Shown here: piece by piece, positions 25,501 to 37,577 of the stretch
Layout of the letters: the number at the start of each line of letters is the position of its first letter
How positions within the stretch are numbered: the first letter of the stretch is position 1
NCBI GenBank assembly: GCA_964016885.1
Contig: OZ024742.1
Span: forward strand, 159,774,001-159,838,000
Reading direction: 5' to 3'
Source: Eledone cirrhosa
Taxonomy: Eukaryota
Length of the DNA: 64,000 nt
Notes under the pieces: model-generated
What the model was told of the DNA's origin: nothing
Seen by the model: only the letters and a program-made list of their open reading frames with translations
Databases searched by the model: none
Position numbers and translations under genes: made by a program

Positions 25501-25692
25501 TGGGAACTGCCCATACACTAAGGAAGATTCTGTCAATATAAATACATCACAAGTGTAAACTCCTAAAGATATATGTGTGTGTGTATGTGTTTTTCATGAA
25601 CATGGCGGACCTTGTCTCTTGAGGTCACTGGTAGTGACTTGGTGATAATTCGTATGAACATAAAGCAAGATAAATAAAATAATAATAATAAT
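22510..25692 (+). mobile_element. R4/Dong-like RLE retrotransposon, 5'-truncated degenerate copy
   Basis: Closely similar to 30125-33585. YMDDLKLF and CRVC..ETIDHIISMC motifs, many stops and frameshifts, (AAT)n tail. Confidence 0.88.
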
Positions 25693-25875
25693 TATAATTG
25701 TTTCTAATTTAGGCACAAGGCCAGCAATTACCCAGTACTTTATTTTATCGACCCCGTAAGGTTGAAAGGCAAAGTTAACCTCGGCGGGATTTGAACTTAG
25801 ATCATAAAGAGACGTAACTCTATGCTTCAAAGTATGGTGTCCGACTCTCTGCCGATACAGCCAATCCACCGCCCT
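25692..25875 (-). mobile_element. tRNA-derived SINE
   Basis: Reverse complement of the SINE family at 18368. Confidence 0.85.
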
Positions 25876-25892
25876 TAATAATAATTATAATA

Positions 25893-28100
25893 ATGCTTTC
25901 TTTATTAACCACAAGGGTTGAGATAAAGTATAACATTAATGACAGCACAGGACGGTACAAATAGGCATTTCTGCGTGAAAGGAAAAATCAATAACGAAGG
26001 AAATAACAAAAAAAAAAATGAAACAAAGATAAATTTCCCAATAGGGGGAAAACCTCCGAGGGTCACTCGTGGAGAAAGCACATTAAAAACGCCACGGTGA
26101 TCCTGACCACCAGGACAAGTGTCCCCACCCAGTTTTCTACCTCCAATCTACAGGCGCATACTCAGAGCAGGCTCATTCATTCGGGCCATGCTTGCCTCTC
26201 TCACCCATCTTTTAACACATTGCTGGGAAGGGAGCACTTCCCTCTCCGCCCTGATTTTCCATTTCAAATAAAATTTGAAAAAGTTAATCAGGGCAGCACC
26301 GAAGAGGTAAGTGAAGTGTCCGTCTTAAGCCCTTTCAAACGTGTCCACCACAGGACCTCTTTCGCCATGGCCACCAGGCAGATAAAAACTGCAATCCTCA
26401 CGATGGACTCAGCTGATAGCCGGATCAGTCCTACAAGCAACAGCAGGTGTTCGACATAAACCCTCAAGTCGGTAATGCTCGGGTACTGGACGAGTGCGTG
26501 CAGGACGTTCTCGTCGTTGATCCCGAACTGGCAAAGCGCCCCGGTAGCACTGCCAGGCCAGGGATTTATGGAAGTTGTCCATGGGCCTCGGCTCGAAAGT
26601 TCTCCCGAAGAGATTGGCTAGTTGATTTTCGTCGACGCCTAGAGTCTCCATAAGGACGTCTCTTTTCCTCCACTAACCCTCTATAGAACGCCAAGGTGGA
26701 GTTTCCACCGATCACATCACCCGATTGGTCGAGGGCTGTGAGCGCCTGAAGATATTCCAATCTACAAGCGCCTCTCTCGCTCTTTGCTTGCAGCTCCGTC
26801 AAGGAGACGAGCTGGGAAAAAGACGTCAAGCAAACGGTGACCACACATGATCAGCGTCGAGGAAGAGGTGGAGATGCTGTGTCTGCGCACCATCAGCCAT
26901 GACATGCACAGCCCTCCACGTAGCGGGTGTTGACAGCAAATGGACCGCCTGATCATCGGAGCGCGTCCTTTCCACAGCAAGCGAAAGAGCAAATGCTCCA
27001 GCGCAGCCAGGTGAGGCTTAGAACAAGGCACGACGGCCAGGCGGTAGCAGATGACGGACATAATGTACGCGTCCGCCACTCTGCTTGATCATTCAGTCAT
27101 AGCTTCCTCTCGGCCCATTTCTGGTTGGGCGAGGCCACCTTGCTCGTCCCCTCGTCCCAGTTTTTGACCGTCTGGAGGTCCGGACAGAACAAGACCTCTA
27201 GCAATTTAAGCGGTCCATCCGTCCCACGCCCGATGACGTTGTTGTATGGCATGGACCTTCCTTTCCAGATGGTGGTCTTGCTACCGTTGCTGCTGTTGTT
27301 TTTGCTGGTTGAACCAGTGGGGCAGACAGGAGAGGTGGCCTTAATTTTTTTCCGTTCCCTGAGGGAAGAAGGCCTAAAGGTGGGTTGCATCGCCATAAAT
27401 GACACACCTTCGTCTTTTACCTTCGACGATTACGGTGAGATGCTCACCGACCTTTCCTGGTTGATCATTGCTCCTGTCACCGCCTCGTATTCTCTTAGTA
27501 TATTGCCGATCGCCTCGATGTGTTTGGCGCTCGACACCACTACGGTGACGTCATCGGCATATGCTAACACAGTTCTCCCGCATATCAGTTCGCGCGGGAC
27601 ACCCCTCACGTCTCCAGTTTATGCAGTAACGGCTCGAGATTAAATACGTACAACAGGGACAAGTGGGGACATCCTTGGTGGACCAAGCGCATAATGTTGA
27701 ACAGTTCCGAAAGGTGACCGTTCACTCTCACCACAGACAAGATTTCACTGTACATGACAGCGATCCAGTCTCTGAAGACGGGTCCGAAGGCGGCCGCCCT
27801 CAGGACTGCCGCCAGATAACGATGGTTGACCCTATCAAAAGCTTTCTAGATTGATCAAGGCCCCACCCGTACCAGGTTCGTTAACTACCCTCTCCATGAT
27901 GAATCGCATGAGGTGTAGGTTGTGGATGGATCTGGCTGGAATGGCGCATGTCTGCGCCTCACCCACCAGACCACCGACAACAAGCGCCGGCCGCTTTGCT
28001 AGCACCTTGGCCAAAATCTTGAACTCTGCGTTTAGCAGAGTTATGATCTTGAAATTATCTATGTTGTGCCCCTTGTTTGAGTCCTTTCTCAGTGTGGACT
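25893..28100 (-). mobile_element. Tx1-like LINE 3' part (RT, C-terminal region, 3'UTR) between (AAT)n tracts
   Basis: NFKIITLLNAEFKILAKVLAKR, AYADDVTV, LAWQCYRGALP. (AAT)n lies at ~25877-25893 and 28107-28145. Confidence 0.85.
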
Positions 28101-28103
28101 GAA

Positions 28104-28145
<42 letters not shown>

Positions 28146-28404
28146 GAAGAAGAAGAAGACGCACGAGGTGGTAGAAGGTCATGAAATCGCTCCCGTAAGT
28201 TTTTGATTTTTAACTTATTTAAATCAATTGTGAAATAACAATTCTTAGTACAAATGTTGCATAAACCACCGAATCAGGTCCCATAAAGTTTCGGATCCAT
28301 ATTATATTGTTGTATCGCTCAAATATTCAATTTTGTATTATATATTTTGTATTCAAAAAAAGAAAATGGTTATAAATGGGAAAAAACACCCTCTGTCTAC
28401 ACTA

Positions 28405-29400
28405 TATAGAACAGCCAAATAACAGCAATTTCACCAACACCAGAAACTTGATACACCACCTATCCCATCACACTAAATATAACAGCCAGATAACGGCAAT
28501 TTCACCACCACCAATCCCAGCATCATAATAATAATTACTATTATTATTGTCTCAAGTTTTAACAAAATGTTTAATTCCAATTTTACGGGAATATGTCAAC
28601 AATATATATTAAACATACGAACACAAACTCATAGACACTACATATCACAAAACTCAGTAACCACAACGCCACCGCCGCCACCACCCCATCCATCATTGCT
28701 ACCAATATCCCATCGCCGCCGCCACCACTCCTTCATTGCTACCACCACTATTCCCCTGTTAACTTGAGAGAGAAAGGGGAAGGCGGCGGTATCACTAGAC
28801 AAGGGAGAGGATACCAAAATATATAAATAGATTGACTTAGTGACCCAGCCACCGGCCAAACGTCAACAACTATGGCACTGCTGGCTCCCCCCTTCCGAAA
28901 ACATATAGAACAGCCAAATAACAGCAATTTCACCAACACCAGAAACTTGATACACCACCTATCCCATCACACTAAATATAACAGCCAGATAACGGCAATT
29001 TCACCAGCATCATAATAATAATTACTATTATTATTGTCTCAAATTTTAAAAAAATGTTTAATTCCAATTTTACGGGAATATGTCAACATAAAATATAATA
29101 AAAATATATATTAAACATACGAACACAAACTCATAGATACTACATATCAGTAACCACAACGCCACCGCTGCCACCACCCCACCCCATCCATCATTGCTAC
29201 CACTATCCCATCGTCGCCGCCACCACTCCTTCAATGCTACCACCACTATTCCCCTGTTAACTTGAGAGAGAAAGGGGAAGGTGGCGGTATCACTAGACAA
29301 GGGAGAGGCTAGCAAAAGATATAAATAGATTGACTTAGTGACCTGGCCACCGGCCAAACGTCAACATCAACAACTATGGGACTGCTGGCTCACCCCTTCC
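28405..29400. repeat. Direct tandem duplication of ~498-bp unit
   Basis: TATAGAACAGCCAAATAACAGCAATTTCACCAACACC at ~28405 and ~28904. Confidence 0.85.
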
Positions 29401-29785
29401 TCACCAACAATATAAAAAGCCCCGGCACCACCACCGACATAGCCAACAACAATAACAGCCAACTACAACAAAAAGTATATTATATTATTGTAATGCACTG
29501 GGTGATTGCTGGCCTTGTGCCTGGAGTGGAGACAATTATTAATAATTTCATTCTTAAGCCACGCAATGCTCACATTAAGGAACCACTCATGATAATAACA
29601 ATTTAAAAAAACAACAAAAAGAAAACCCCGTGACCAAGAAATACCGGGATGGCGACCGGCGGGGAATAGCCGTGTCTCTAGGGGAGAACGACCCCTCTAG
29701 TCTTGGTTGACACTCGTTCTAGAAGTGGTAACACGAAATGATTACCCCTTGGCGGATAAGGATAAAACGTGACAAAATAAAGTAA

Positions 29786-30979
29786 ATGTCTAATGATAAA
29801 ATCTCATACCGGATCGGCCGTCACCCGGGTAAAAAAGGGCCGCGTCCCTCAGAGAGGAACCAGACTGGGGTCGAAAAATCAGCTAATGGTTCAAACCTTC
29901 CCATCACTTCGGAGCTGGAGACCTCCCATAACCGGAATACTCCTACTGTTGGCCCTCCATGCTCACCACCAAGAAATCCAAAGAAAAAGAGAGAAAAATG
30001 GTCAAGGGAAGATAATAAAGAAGTCCTTGAGGCTTTCTACACTGCCATGTACTACCCATCAAATACATCGAATACAGAACAGACATATATCAACTGGAAA
30101 AAGAAACATCCCGAAAACAGAGGCTATATTGACAGTAACAAACTAGCCAATATACGAAGAAATATTGTAAGAAAAAAGTTACTAACTGATATAGAAATTG
30201 ATCAGATCAAGCTATTAGCACAAAGTCAGCGAAGGGAAAATGAAACATGTGTCAGTGAAAACGAGGTAAACTGTAACACTTCGAACCCCAGGGTTGGGGC
30301 GGAATCACTGGCAACAGAACAAATTAAAGAAAGGATCGAAAAAGTGGAGGGAGTGCATGCTCAGGATGAAACTCCAAATGAAAATAATGAGATCGTAAAT
30401 GATAAAGAAATGAATGAGAATGAACTTGCCAACTTGAAGGATGAAATCATGATCGAATGGATGAAAATGAAAGAATCTGACATGGGGCAACGAGACACCC
30501 TCCCTAAGATCCAGAACTCCAAACAGAACCAAAAGATAATACACAAGACTAACATAATTCTCAAAAACATTATCATCACAAACAAACTAAACATTACTGA
30601 TTTAAATCATCTCTATTATGCATCGGCTAAAGTCACCACTCACTTATGTGGAGTGAAGATGAAAAAACAAAGGAATTCCCACAAGAAATCTACTTGGCAA
30701 GAGAACATCAATCGCCAAATAAACCTTCTCCGATCTGACATAGAAATTTTAACAAACTATAAAGTAGGTGAACATGTTAAACAAACTAAACTTAGAAAAT
30801 TGAAAAAAAAGTACAGTATAAAATCAACATGTGACATAGACATGCTGATAGAAATAATCAAGCAAAAAGTGTCGGCCAAAGCTGCTCGTATAAGGCGCTT
30901 TGAAAAACGATCTAGATTCTATAAGGACAATAATATGTTCAAAAAACAACCAAAGAAACTTCTACAGAAAAATTGGTAA
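29786..30979 (+). pseudogene. N-terminal part of R4-like ORF (frameshift near 30945)
   Basis: Continues in another frame (FWKKIW..KWKSPG) toward the RT. Confidence 0.8.
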
Positions 30980-31365
30980 GTCAACAATAACTGCTAAATC
31001 AATACCACCCAAGGAGGAAGTGCAAGAATTCTGGAAAAAGATCTGGGCCGAAGAAAAAGTTCATAACATACATGCCCCATGGATAGACAGACAAATGAAA
31101 GATACAGCTCACCTTGAGGAACAAACATGGGAAAATATAACAGTTGAACAGTTGCGCTTGGCTCTAAGAAAAACCAGCAAATGGAAATCCCCAGGAAAAA
31201 TGGATAAATGCCTTCACAGAGTCTCATGAGCTGTTAGCCCAACTTTACAATGAAATAGTTAAGGAGCCAGAAAAGATACCATCATGGCTAGTTAACGGCA
31301 TTACATTCCTGCTTCCGAAGAATGATGAGACAAACAATCCCAAAAATTACAGACCGATAACTTGC

Positions 31366-33420
31366 TTGACCACAATGTATACAATTTTAACATCAGTCCT
31401 AACTGAATACACATATGACCACCTGATAACAAATGACCTATTTCCCATTGAGCAGAAAGGGTGTAAACGAGGCTCATATGGCTGTAAGGATCAGCTTCTG
31501 GTTAACAAAATGATACTGGAAGATTGTCATAATAGACACAAAAATCTATCGATTGCTTGGATAGATTATAAAAAAGCATTCGATAGTTTGCCACACAGTT
31601 GGATTGAAAAATGTTTAGAGATTTTCAAAATATCTCCCGTTGTCAGGAGGTTTTTGACATTCAGTATGAAGACATGGAAAACGACACTCCTTTTGAATAG
31701 TGAAACAAAATCACTGGAAGCTGGAGAAGTTAATATTAATTGTGGAATTTTTCAGTGTGACTCTTTATCACCGCTTTTATTCTGCATCGCACTTATACCA
31801 TTAAGTAAAATGCTCAATGAAACAAAACATGGATATAAAGTCTATGACAAAACCATTAATCACCTGTTCTACATGGATGACCTGAAGCTATTTGCAAAAA
31901 ATGATGAACAATTGCAAGGGCTATTATCCACTGTGAAGCAGTTCAGTGATGACATTAAAATGGAGTTTGGACTAGATAAATGCGCCAAAGCAGCGTTCAC
32001 CAGAGGAAAGCTGCTGAAGAGTTCAGACATTAATCTTGATCGGGAGAACGTGATAAGAGAACTTGATCAAGAAAAAACTTACAAATATCTAGGTGTTTGT
32101 GAAGGAGACGGAATCAAGCACTCGACAATGATGGAAAGGATAAGGAAGGAATGTTACCGCAGAGTAAGAGCAATCTTAAGAACGGAATTGAATGCAAGGA
32201 ATAGGATCGATGCCATAAACACGCTTGCCATACCAGTAGTAACCTACAGTTACAATGTCATCAACTGGTCAAGCACAGAGATCCGTAGGCTCGATACAAA
32301 AATTAGAAAATTCTTAACCATGCAGAGAATGCATCACCCTAAGGCAGATATAGATAGAATATATCTCCCTAGGAAAGAAGGAGGACGTGGGTTAATCCAG
32401 TTTGACATTGCGTTGAAAACTGCAACAATTGGATTATCTACATATCTAAGGGAATCACATGATTGGATGATCAAACTCGTTTTGAAACACGAAAGCATCA
32501 AAAGATCATATTCCATTACAAAAGATGCACAACGATACAGTAATGGACTACAAATTTCAGAAGTCCCATTTACTGCTGAAATGGAAAACACAGAAAAAGC
32601 AAAGCAGGTAAAAGTAACTGCAAAGAAAGAACTGCTACAGAAACTGGCTAAGAAATGGCAAGAAAAGCCTCTGTATGGAAAATACCCAGAGCGAGCTAAC
32701 AATCCTGATGTTGACAAAACTTTAACCCATCAGTGGTTGGCATCCTCTGGACTGAAATCGGAGACTGAAGGACTGATTATATCGGCACAAGATCAGTGTC
32801 TGCCAACAAAAAATTACCAAGCCAACATAATAAAAAATGGGTGCAGCCCATTATACCGTGTATGCAAAAAACAACCAGAGACCATTGACCATATAATTTC
32901 AATGTGCAGTCCTATAGCTCCAACCGAATATCTAAACAGGCATGACAGAGCTGCACAATACATACATTGGATAATGTGTAAGCATTTTGACCTGCCCCAT
33001 CAAAAGAATTGGTGGGAGGATCAACCACCTCCCATACTTGAAAAAGATCACATCTCAATCTTGTGGAACTTTAGCATCCAAACAGACCGAAAAATAGATG
33101 CAAATAGACCTGATATAATATTGAAGGACTTTCAAAAGAGGGTATGCCTGCTAATTGATATGTCTGTTCCGATAGACAAGAATGTATCTATAAAAACATT
33201 TGAAAAATTGAGCAAGTATAAGGACCTGGAGATAGAAATTGGAAAAATGTGGAAATTGAGAACTAAAACAATACCAGTGGTTGTAGGCGCTCTGGGAATG
33301 ATACCTAAGGGGTCTAATGACTACTTATCGCAAATCCCAGGAAACCCGCGTATAGGAGAAATACAAAAGACAGTACTAATGGGAACTGCCCATATACTAA
33401 GGAAGATTCTGTCAATATAA
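31366..33420 (+). CDS. R4-like reverse transcriptase + RLE endonuclease (C-terminal 684 aa)
   Basis: QKGC, WIDYKKAFDS, GIFQCDSLSP, YMDDLKLF, YKYLG, GGRGL, RHD, RPD, KYKDL. Confidence 0.92.
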   Translation: MTTMYTILTSVLTEYTYDHLITNDLFPIEQKGCKRGSYGCKDQLLVNKMILEDCHNRHKNLSIAWIDYKKAFDSLPHSWIEKCLEIFKISPVVRRFLTFSMKTWKTTLLLNSETKSLEAGEVNINCGIFQCDSLSPLLFCIALIPLSKMLNETKHGYKVYDKTINHLFYMDDLKLFAKNDEQLQGLLSTVKQFSDDIKMEFGLDKCAKAAFTRGKLLKSSDINLDRENVIRELDQEKTYKYLGVCEGDGIKHSTMMERIRKECYRRVRAILRTELNARNRIDAINTLAIPVVTYSYNVINWSSTEIRRLDTKIRKFLTMQRMHHPKADIDRIYLPRKEGGRGLIQFDIALKTATIGLSTYLRESHDWMIKLVLKHESIKRSYSITKDAQRYSNGLQISEVPFTAEMENTEKAKQVKVTAKKELLQKLAKKWQEKPLYGKYPERANNPDVDKTLTHQWLASSGLKSETEGLIISAQDQCLPTKNYQANIIKNGCSPLYRVCKKQPETIDHIISMCSPIAPTEYLNRHDRAAQYIHWIMCKHFDLPHQKNWWEDQPPPILEKDHISILWNFSIQTDRKIDANRPDIILKDFQKRVCLLIDMSVPIDKNVSIKTFEKLSKYKDLEIEIGKMWKLRTKTIPVVVGALGMIPKGSNDYLSQIPGNPRIGEIQKTVLMGTAHILRKILSI

Positions 33421-33759
33421 GTACATCACAAGTCTAAACACTAAAGATGCATGTGTGAATATGTATGTTCTTTCTTGAACATGCGGACCTTGTTGTTTCT
33501 TGAGGTCACTGGTTGTGACTTGGTGATAACTCGTATGAACATAAAGCAAGATAAATGCAACTGTAATAATAATAATAATAATAATAAAAATCAAAATCAA
33601 AGCAGCACAGTAACAACGAAAAACGTAAAGGAAATAAAAATGAAGAGAAAAACAAACGGACGGACAGAGAAGGGAAGGGAAAAACTAAATCAGACATTCA
33701 AACACTACATTACAATGAAACTTATGCTTATTCATTTTTGGGTTTTTTTCTGCCTGTTT

Positions 33760-36700
33760 GTTTGTTCGTTTGCTTGGGTTCGTCTGCAGCGTGATAATGC
33801 CACACAAAAGTCACGTGGAGTGACGAAACCACCGGAGACAAGTAATTCACCGGTGGTTATGTAACCATACATTCGCCAATCCTCGATAAGAGTGTTTAAA
33901 TGTCGAACCTAAACAGTTCGAATAACGGTGAAATGGAGACTAGATTGTCATGTGACAGACTCTCACCCAACAGGTGCTCCCTGGCTCAGCAGCAGGGACC
34001 TGGCTGTCAACCAAATACTGCTGGTGTCGGAGGAAGAAGAAGAAGGAAAGGGACCAGAACCAACTGGACGAAAGAATTGAATAGAACTGTTATGCAATGT
34101 TACCTGAAGAGTAACCCCAAGGCTATAGGAAAAGGATGCATAACATCTGGAACGAGATTGGTCCATTTAAATTAGATGAACAAAAACTGGCCGGGCAGGC
34201 TCGAGTAATAAGAACTAATGGGTGGATAAGCGAGCTGGAACTGGAGGAACTGGGCAGAGAGATTAGCTTGGAGATGGAGGGTGGAGTATGCCAGGCAAAC
34301 GAGCCAGTGGGAAATGAAGGTGAAGAGGTCGAGAGAACGGAGGAACCACCCGAAACAGACAATGATCTGAATGCTGAGATAAATAATACCTGGAACAGAG
34401 ATACGGCCACTGAGGAGATGAATGCTGACGGGCTAGGACAAGATTTGGTAGATATCCTAAACTTAGTGGTAGATGAATTGAACAATGATAGTGGGAAACC
34501 TATGAACCTAAGATTTGTAGACAGGAAAAAGTTAAAAGAAACAACAGCTAAGGTAAACAAAGTCATCCCATACCTTGAGGCGAGGAGTCTTCACCAGTGC
34601 AACAATATCCTCAAAGCAACAGCAAATACGGTGAGGAAACTACTTGGTATAAAAGCGAGAGGAAACAACAGACAAGAAAGAGCAGAGCCTTGGTGGAAGA
34701 AACGACTGAGTGGTCAAATCAGGGAAATGAGAAATGACATTGGAAAGCTTGAGTCCCTACTGAATGGGACACTAAAAAACATAGACACTAAAAATAGACT
34801 GGAAATAAAGTACAAACTAGGAGGAAAAAGCTAAATATTATCATAGAGGAACTGAAGCAACGCATTGTAGCAAAGAGTGCAAAAATCAGGCGATACGAGA
34901 ACAGAGTCATCCAGTATAGACAGAACCGCATGTTCGACAACAACCAGAAGATGCTGTTTGGACAGCTTGAAGGGAAAGAAAGAGGCAACGACTTGATCCC
35001 TGGGGCGGAACAAACTAAAACATTCTGGAGAGGAATATGGGAGCAGGATGTTAAACATAATGACCAGGCAGTGTGGATTGAGACAGTACAGAAGGAGATT
35101 AGTGAACAGGCACGCCAACAAACTGTTTTGAGTATCACAGTTGAAACTCTTAAAGGGCAGGCCAAAAAACTAACCAACTGGAAATCACCTGGCCCAGATG
35201 GTGTGCAGGGGTATTGGATTAAAAACATAACATCCCTCCACCCGAAACTGACAACCATGTTCAATGACTGCTTGATGTCAGGTGAGGTACCAGAGTGGTT
35301 GACAAAAGGTACCACAGTTCTGATAATGAAAGACCGAACCAAGGGTAATGATGTTACCAACTATAGACCTATCACATGTCTGTCCGTAATGTGGAAACTG
35401 TTGACAAGAATTATGTCTGAGGAAGTCTACCATCACCTCCACACAAACAACTTGTTACCGGACGAACAGAAAGGATGCCGAAAGAAGTCACGTGGTACAA
35501 AGGACCAGTTACTTATTAATAAGATGGTAATGAGGAATTGCAAGAGGAGACACACTGGTCTTGCCATGGGATGGATAGACTACAAAAAGGCATTTGACAT
35601 GGTGCCTCATTCTTGGATCACCAAAAGCCTGGAGATCTTCAAGGTGGCAGATAACATCAGACAGTTGTTGGGCAAACGTATGAAGTCCTGGGAAACAGAG
35701 TTAACATCAACTGGAGAATCCTTGGGAAGCGTGAAGATCAAGAGAGGTATCTTCTAGGGAGATAGTCTGTCCCCTCTGTTGTTTGTCCTTGACCTGATGC
35801 CCCTGACCAGTGTACTGCGAAAAGTGAGAGCAGGATACAGGTTGGGAAAGGGAGGGCTTACCATCAATCACCTCCTCTTCATGGACGATCTTAAGCTCTT
35901 CGGGAAAAGTGAGAAGCAGTTGGATGTGCTTGTTGACACTGTCCGTATTTTCAGCAATGATATATGTATGCAATTTGGTATTAGTAAGTGTGGAGTCATT
36001 GTGATGAGGAGGGGTAAGTTGAGCAGAAGTAACGGAATCCAAATACCAACAGGTGAGATGATAAAGGAAATTGACTCTGAGGAAGGATACAAGTATTTGG
36101 GCGTTCTGGAGGCTGATGACATCAAGAACAAAAAAATGAAGGAATTGATAAGAACTGAATACCTTCGGAGAGTAAGGAGCGTATTAAAGTCACATCTGAA
36201 CAGTAGGAATGCCATAAGTGCAGTAAATTCCCGAGCTGTGTCTATTATCAGGTACAGTGCGGGAATTCTGAGATGGAATGTTGCTGAACAAAAAGAAATG
36301 GATAGGAAAACTAGGAAGCTATTGACTATCTACAATATGTTCCACAAGAGGAGTGATGTCGATAGACTCTACTTAAGGAGATCTGAATGTGGAAGATGTC
36401 TTATCAGCATAGAGGACTGTGTTCAGATGGAGAAAAACAACCTACACAAATACGTGACTGATAGTAAGGAGCCAATGCTCAGAACTGTACTGAAGGAGGG
36501 GACAATAGGCCAGGGGATGTCCAAGGAGGAAATAACATCAAGGAGAAAGAACAGCCTTCAGGAAAAATCCCTTCATAGTACCTTCTTTGAGAAAACTGAA
36601 TTTAGAGATCCACAGACATGGAACTGGTTGAAAAGAAGAGACCTTAAAAAGGCTACAGAAGGAATGTTAATGGCTGCGCAGGAGCAGGCCCTCAAAACGA

Positions 36701-37420
36701 AGTGGTTGAAACACCACATTTACAAGGAGGAGGCTAGCCCACTGTGCAGGATCTGTGAAGAGAGAGAGGAGACTGTGGCTCACATTGTATCCGAGTGTAA
36801 ACACCTAGCCCAGACTCACTATAAGGGCTGGAGACATGATGTGATGGGCAGGGTGATCCACTGGCACCTATGCAAAGTAAACAATTTACCACATTCTGAG
36901 AAGTGGTATGAGCATAAGCCAGAGGCGGTGATAGAGAACGATCAGGCGAAGGTGCTGTGGGATTTTAGGATACAGACGGACAAGAAACTGGAACACAATA
37001 GACCTGACCTGGTGGTTTTGGACAAAGAAAAAAGATCGTGCCTGATTGTGGATGTGGCCTGCCCATTCGACACGAGAGTGCAAGAGAAGGAGAGGGAGAA
37101 AATTAACCGATACCAGGACTTAAAGTGGGAGGTAAAAAGGATTTGGAACTGCCATGAAGTCAAAGTGATCCCGATTGTCATAGGCGCACTAGGGACTATC
37201 TCAAAAAGTTTCCAGGGATGGTTAAAAAAAATTGGCCCCTTCACGCTTTTTGGAACGCTCCAAAAGGCATGCTTGCTGGGAACAGCAAGAACCCTCCGAT
37301 ACGTCCTGAATATCTGAGGCTGCAGGTAGTGGCTTGATATTCATTTCAACAAACTTTCCAGTTAACTAACATCAATGACTGAGACTCAAAAAATCAAAAA
37401 AAAAAAATAATAATAATAAT
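33760..37420 (+). mobile_element. Second-family R4/Dong-like retrotransposon, near full length with stops/frameshifts
   Basis: NWTKELNRTVMQCY, WKSPGPDG, YRPITCL, FMDDLKLF, CRIC..ETVAHIVSEC, RHD, RPDL..VDVACP. Ends in an (AAT)n tail. Confidence 0.92.
34930..37317 (+). pseudogene. R4-like RT-RLE ORF split by in-frame TAG at 35755
   Basis: GIF*GDSLSP, where the Q of the QGD motif has mutated to a stop. Confidence 0.88.
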
Positions 37421-37577
37421 GATTTCTTTATTGGCCACAAGGGCTGACATCAGGAAAAACATTACAGACGGCACAGGACGGTACTGGACGGTACGATGTG
37501 GGTTTTGTGCGTGTAAATATTTTTATTATTTATATAAGAAAAGAAGAAAAAAAAGGACATAGAAACATTTATATATA

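Larger units (their letters stand above)
29620..33587 (+). mobile_element. Near full-length R4/Dong-like non-LTR retrotransposon (RT + CCHC + restriction-like endonuclease)
   Basis: Structured 5'UTR, N-terminal ORF 29786-30979 (KW...N...YTA), RT, zinc knuckle, RHD, RPDI..LIDMSVP..K..KY, (AAT)n tail. Confidence 0.92.
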
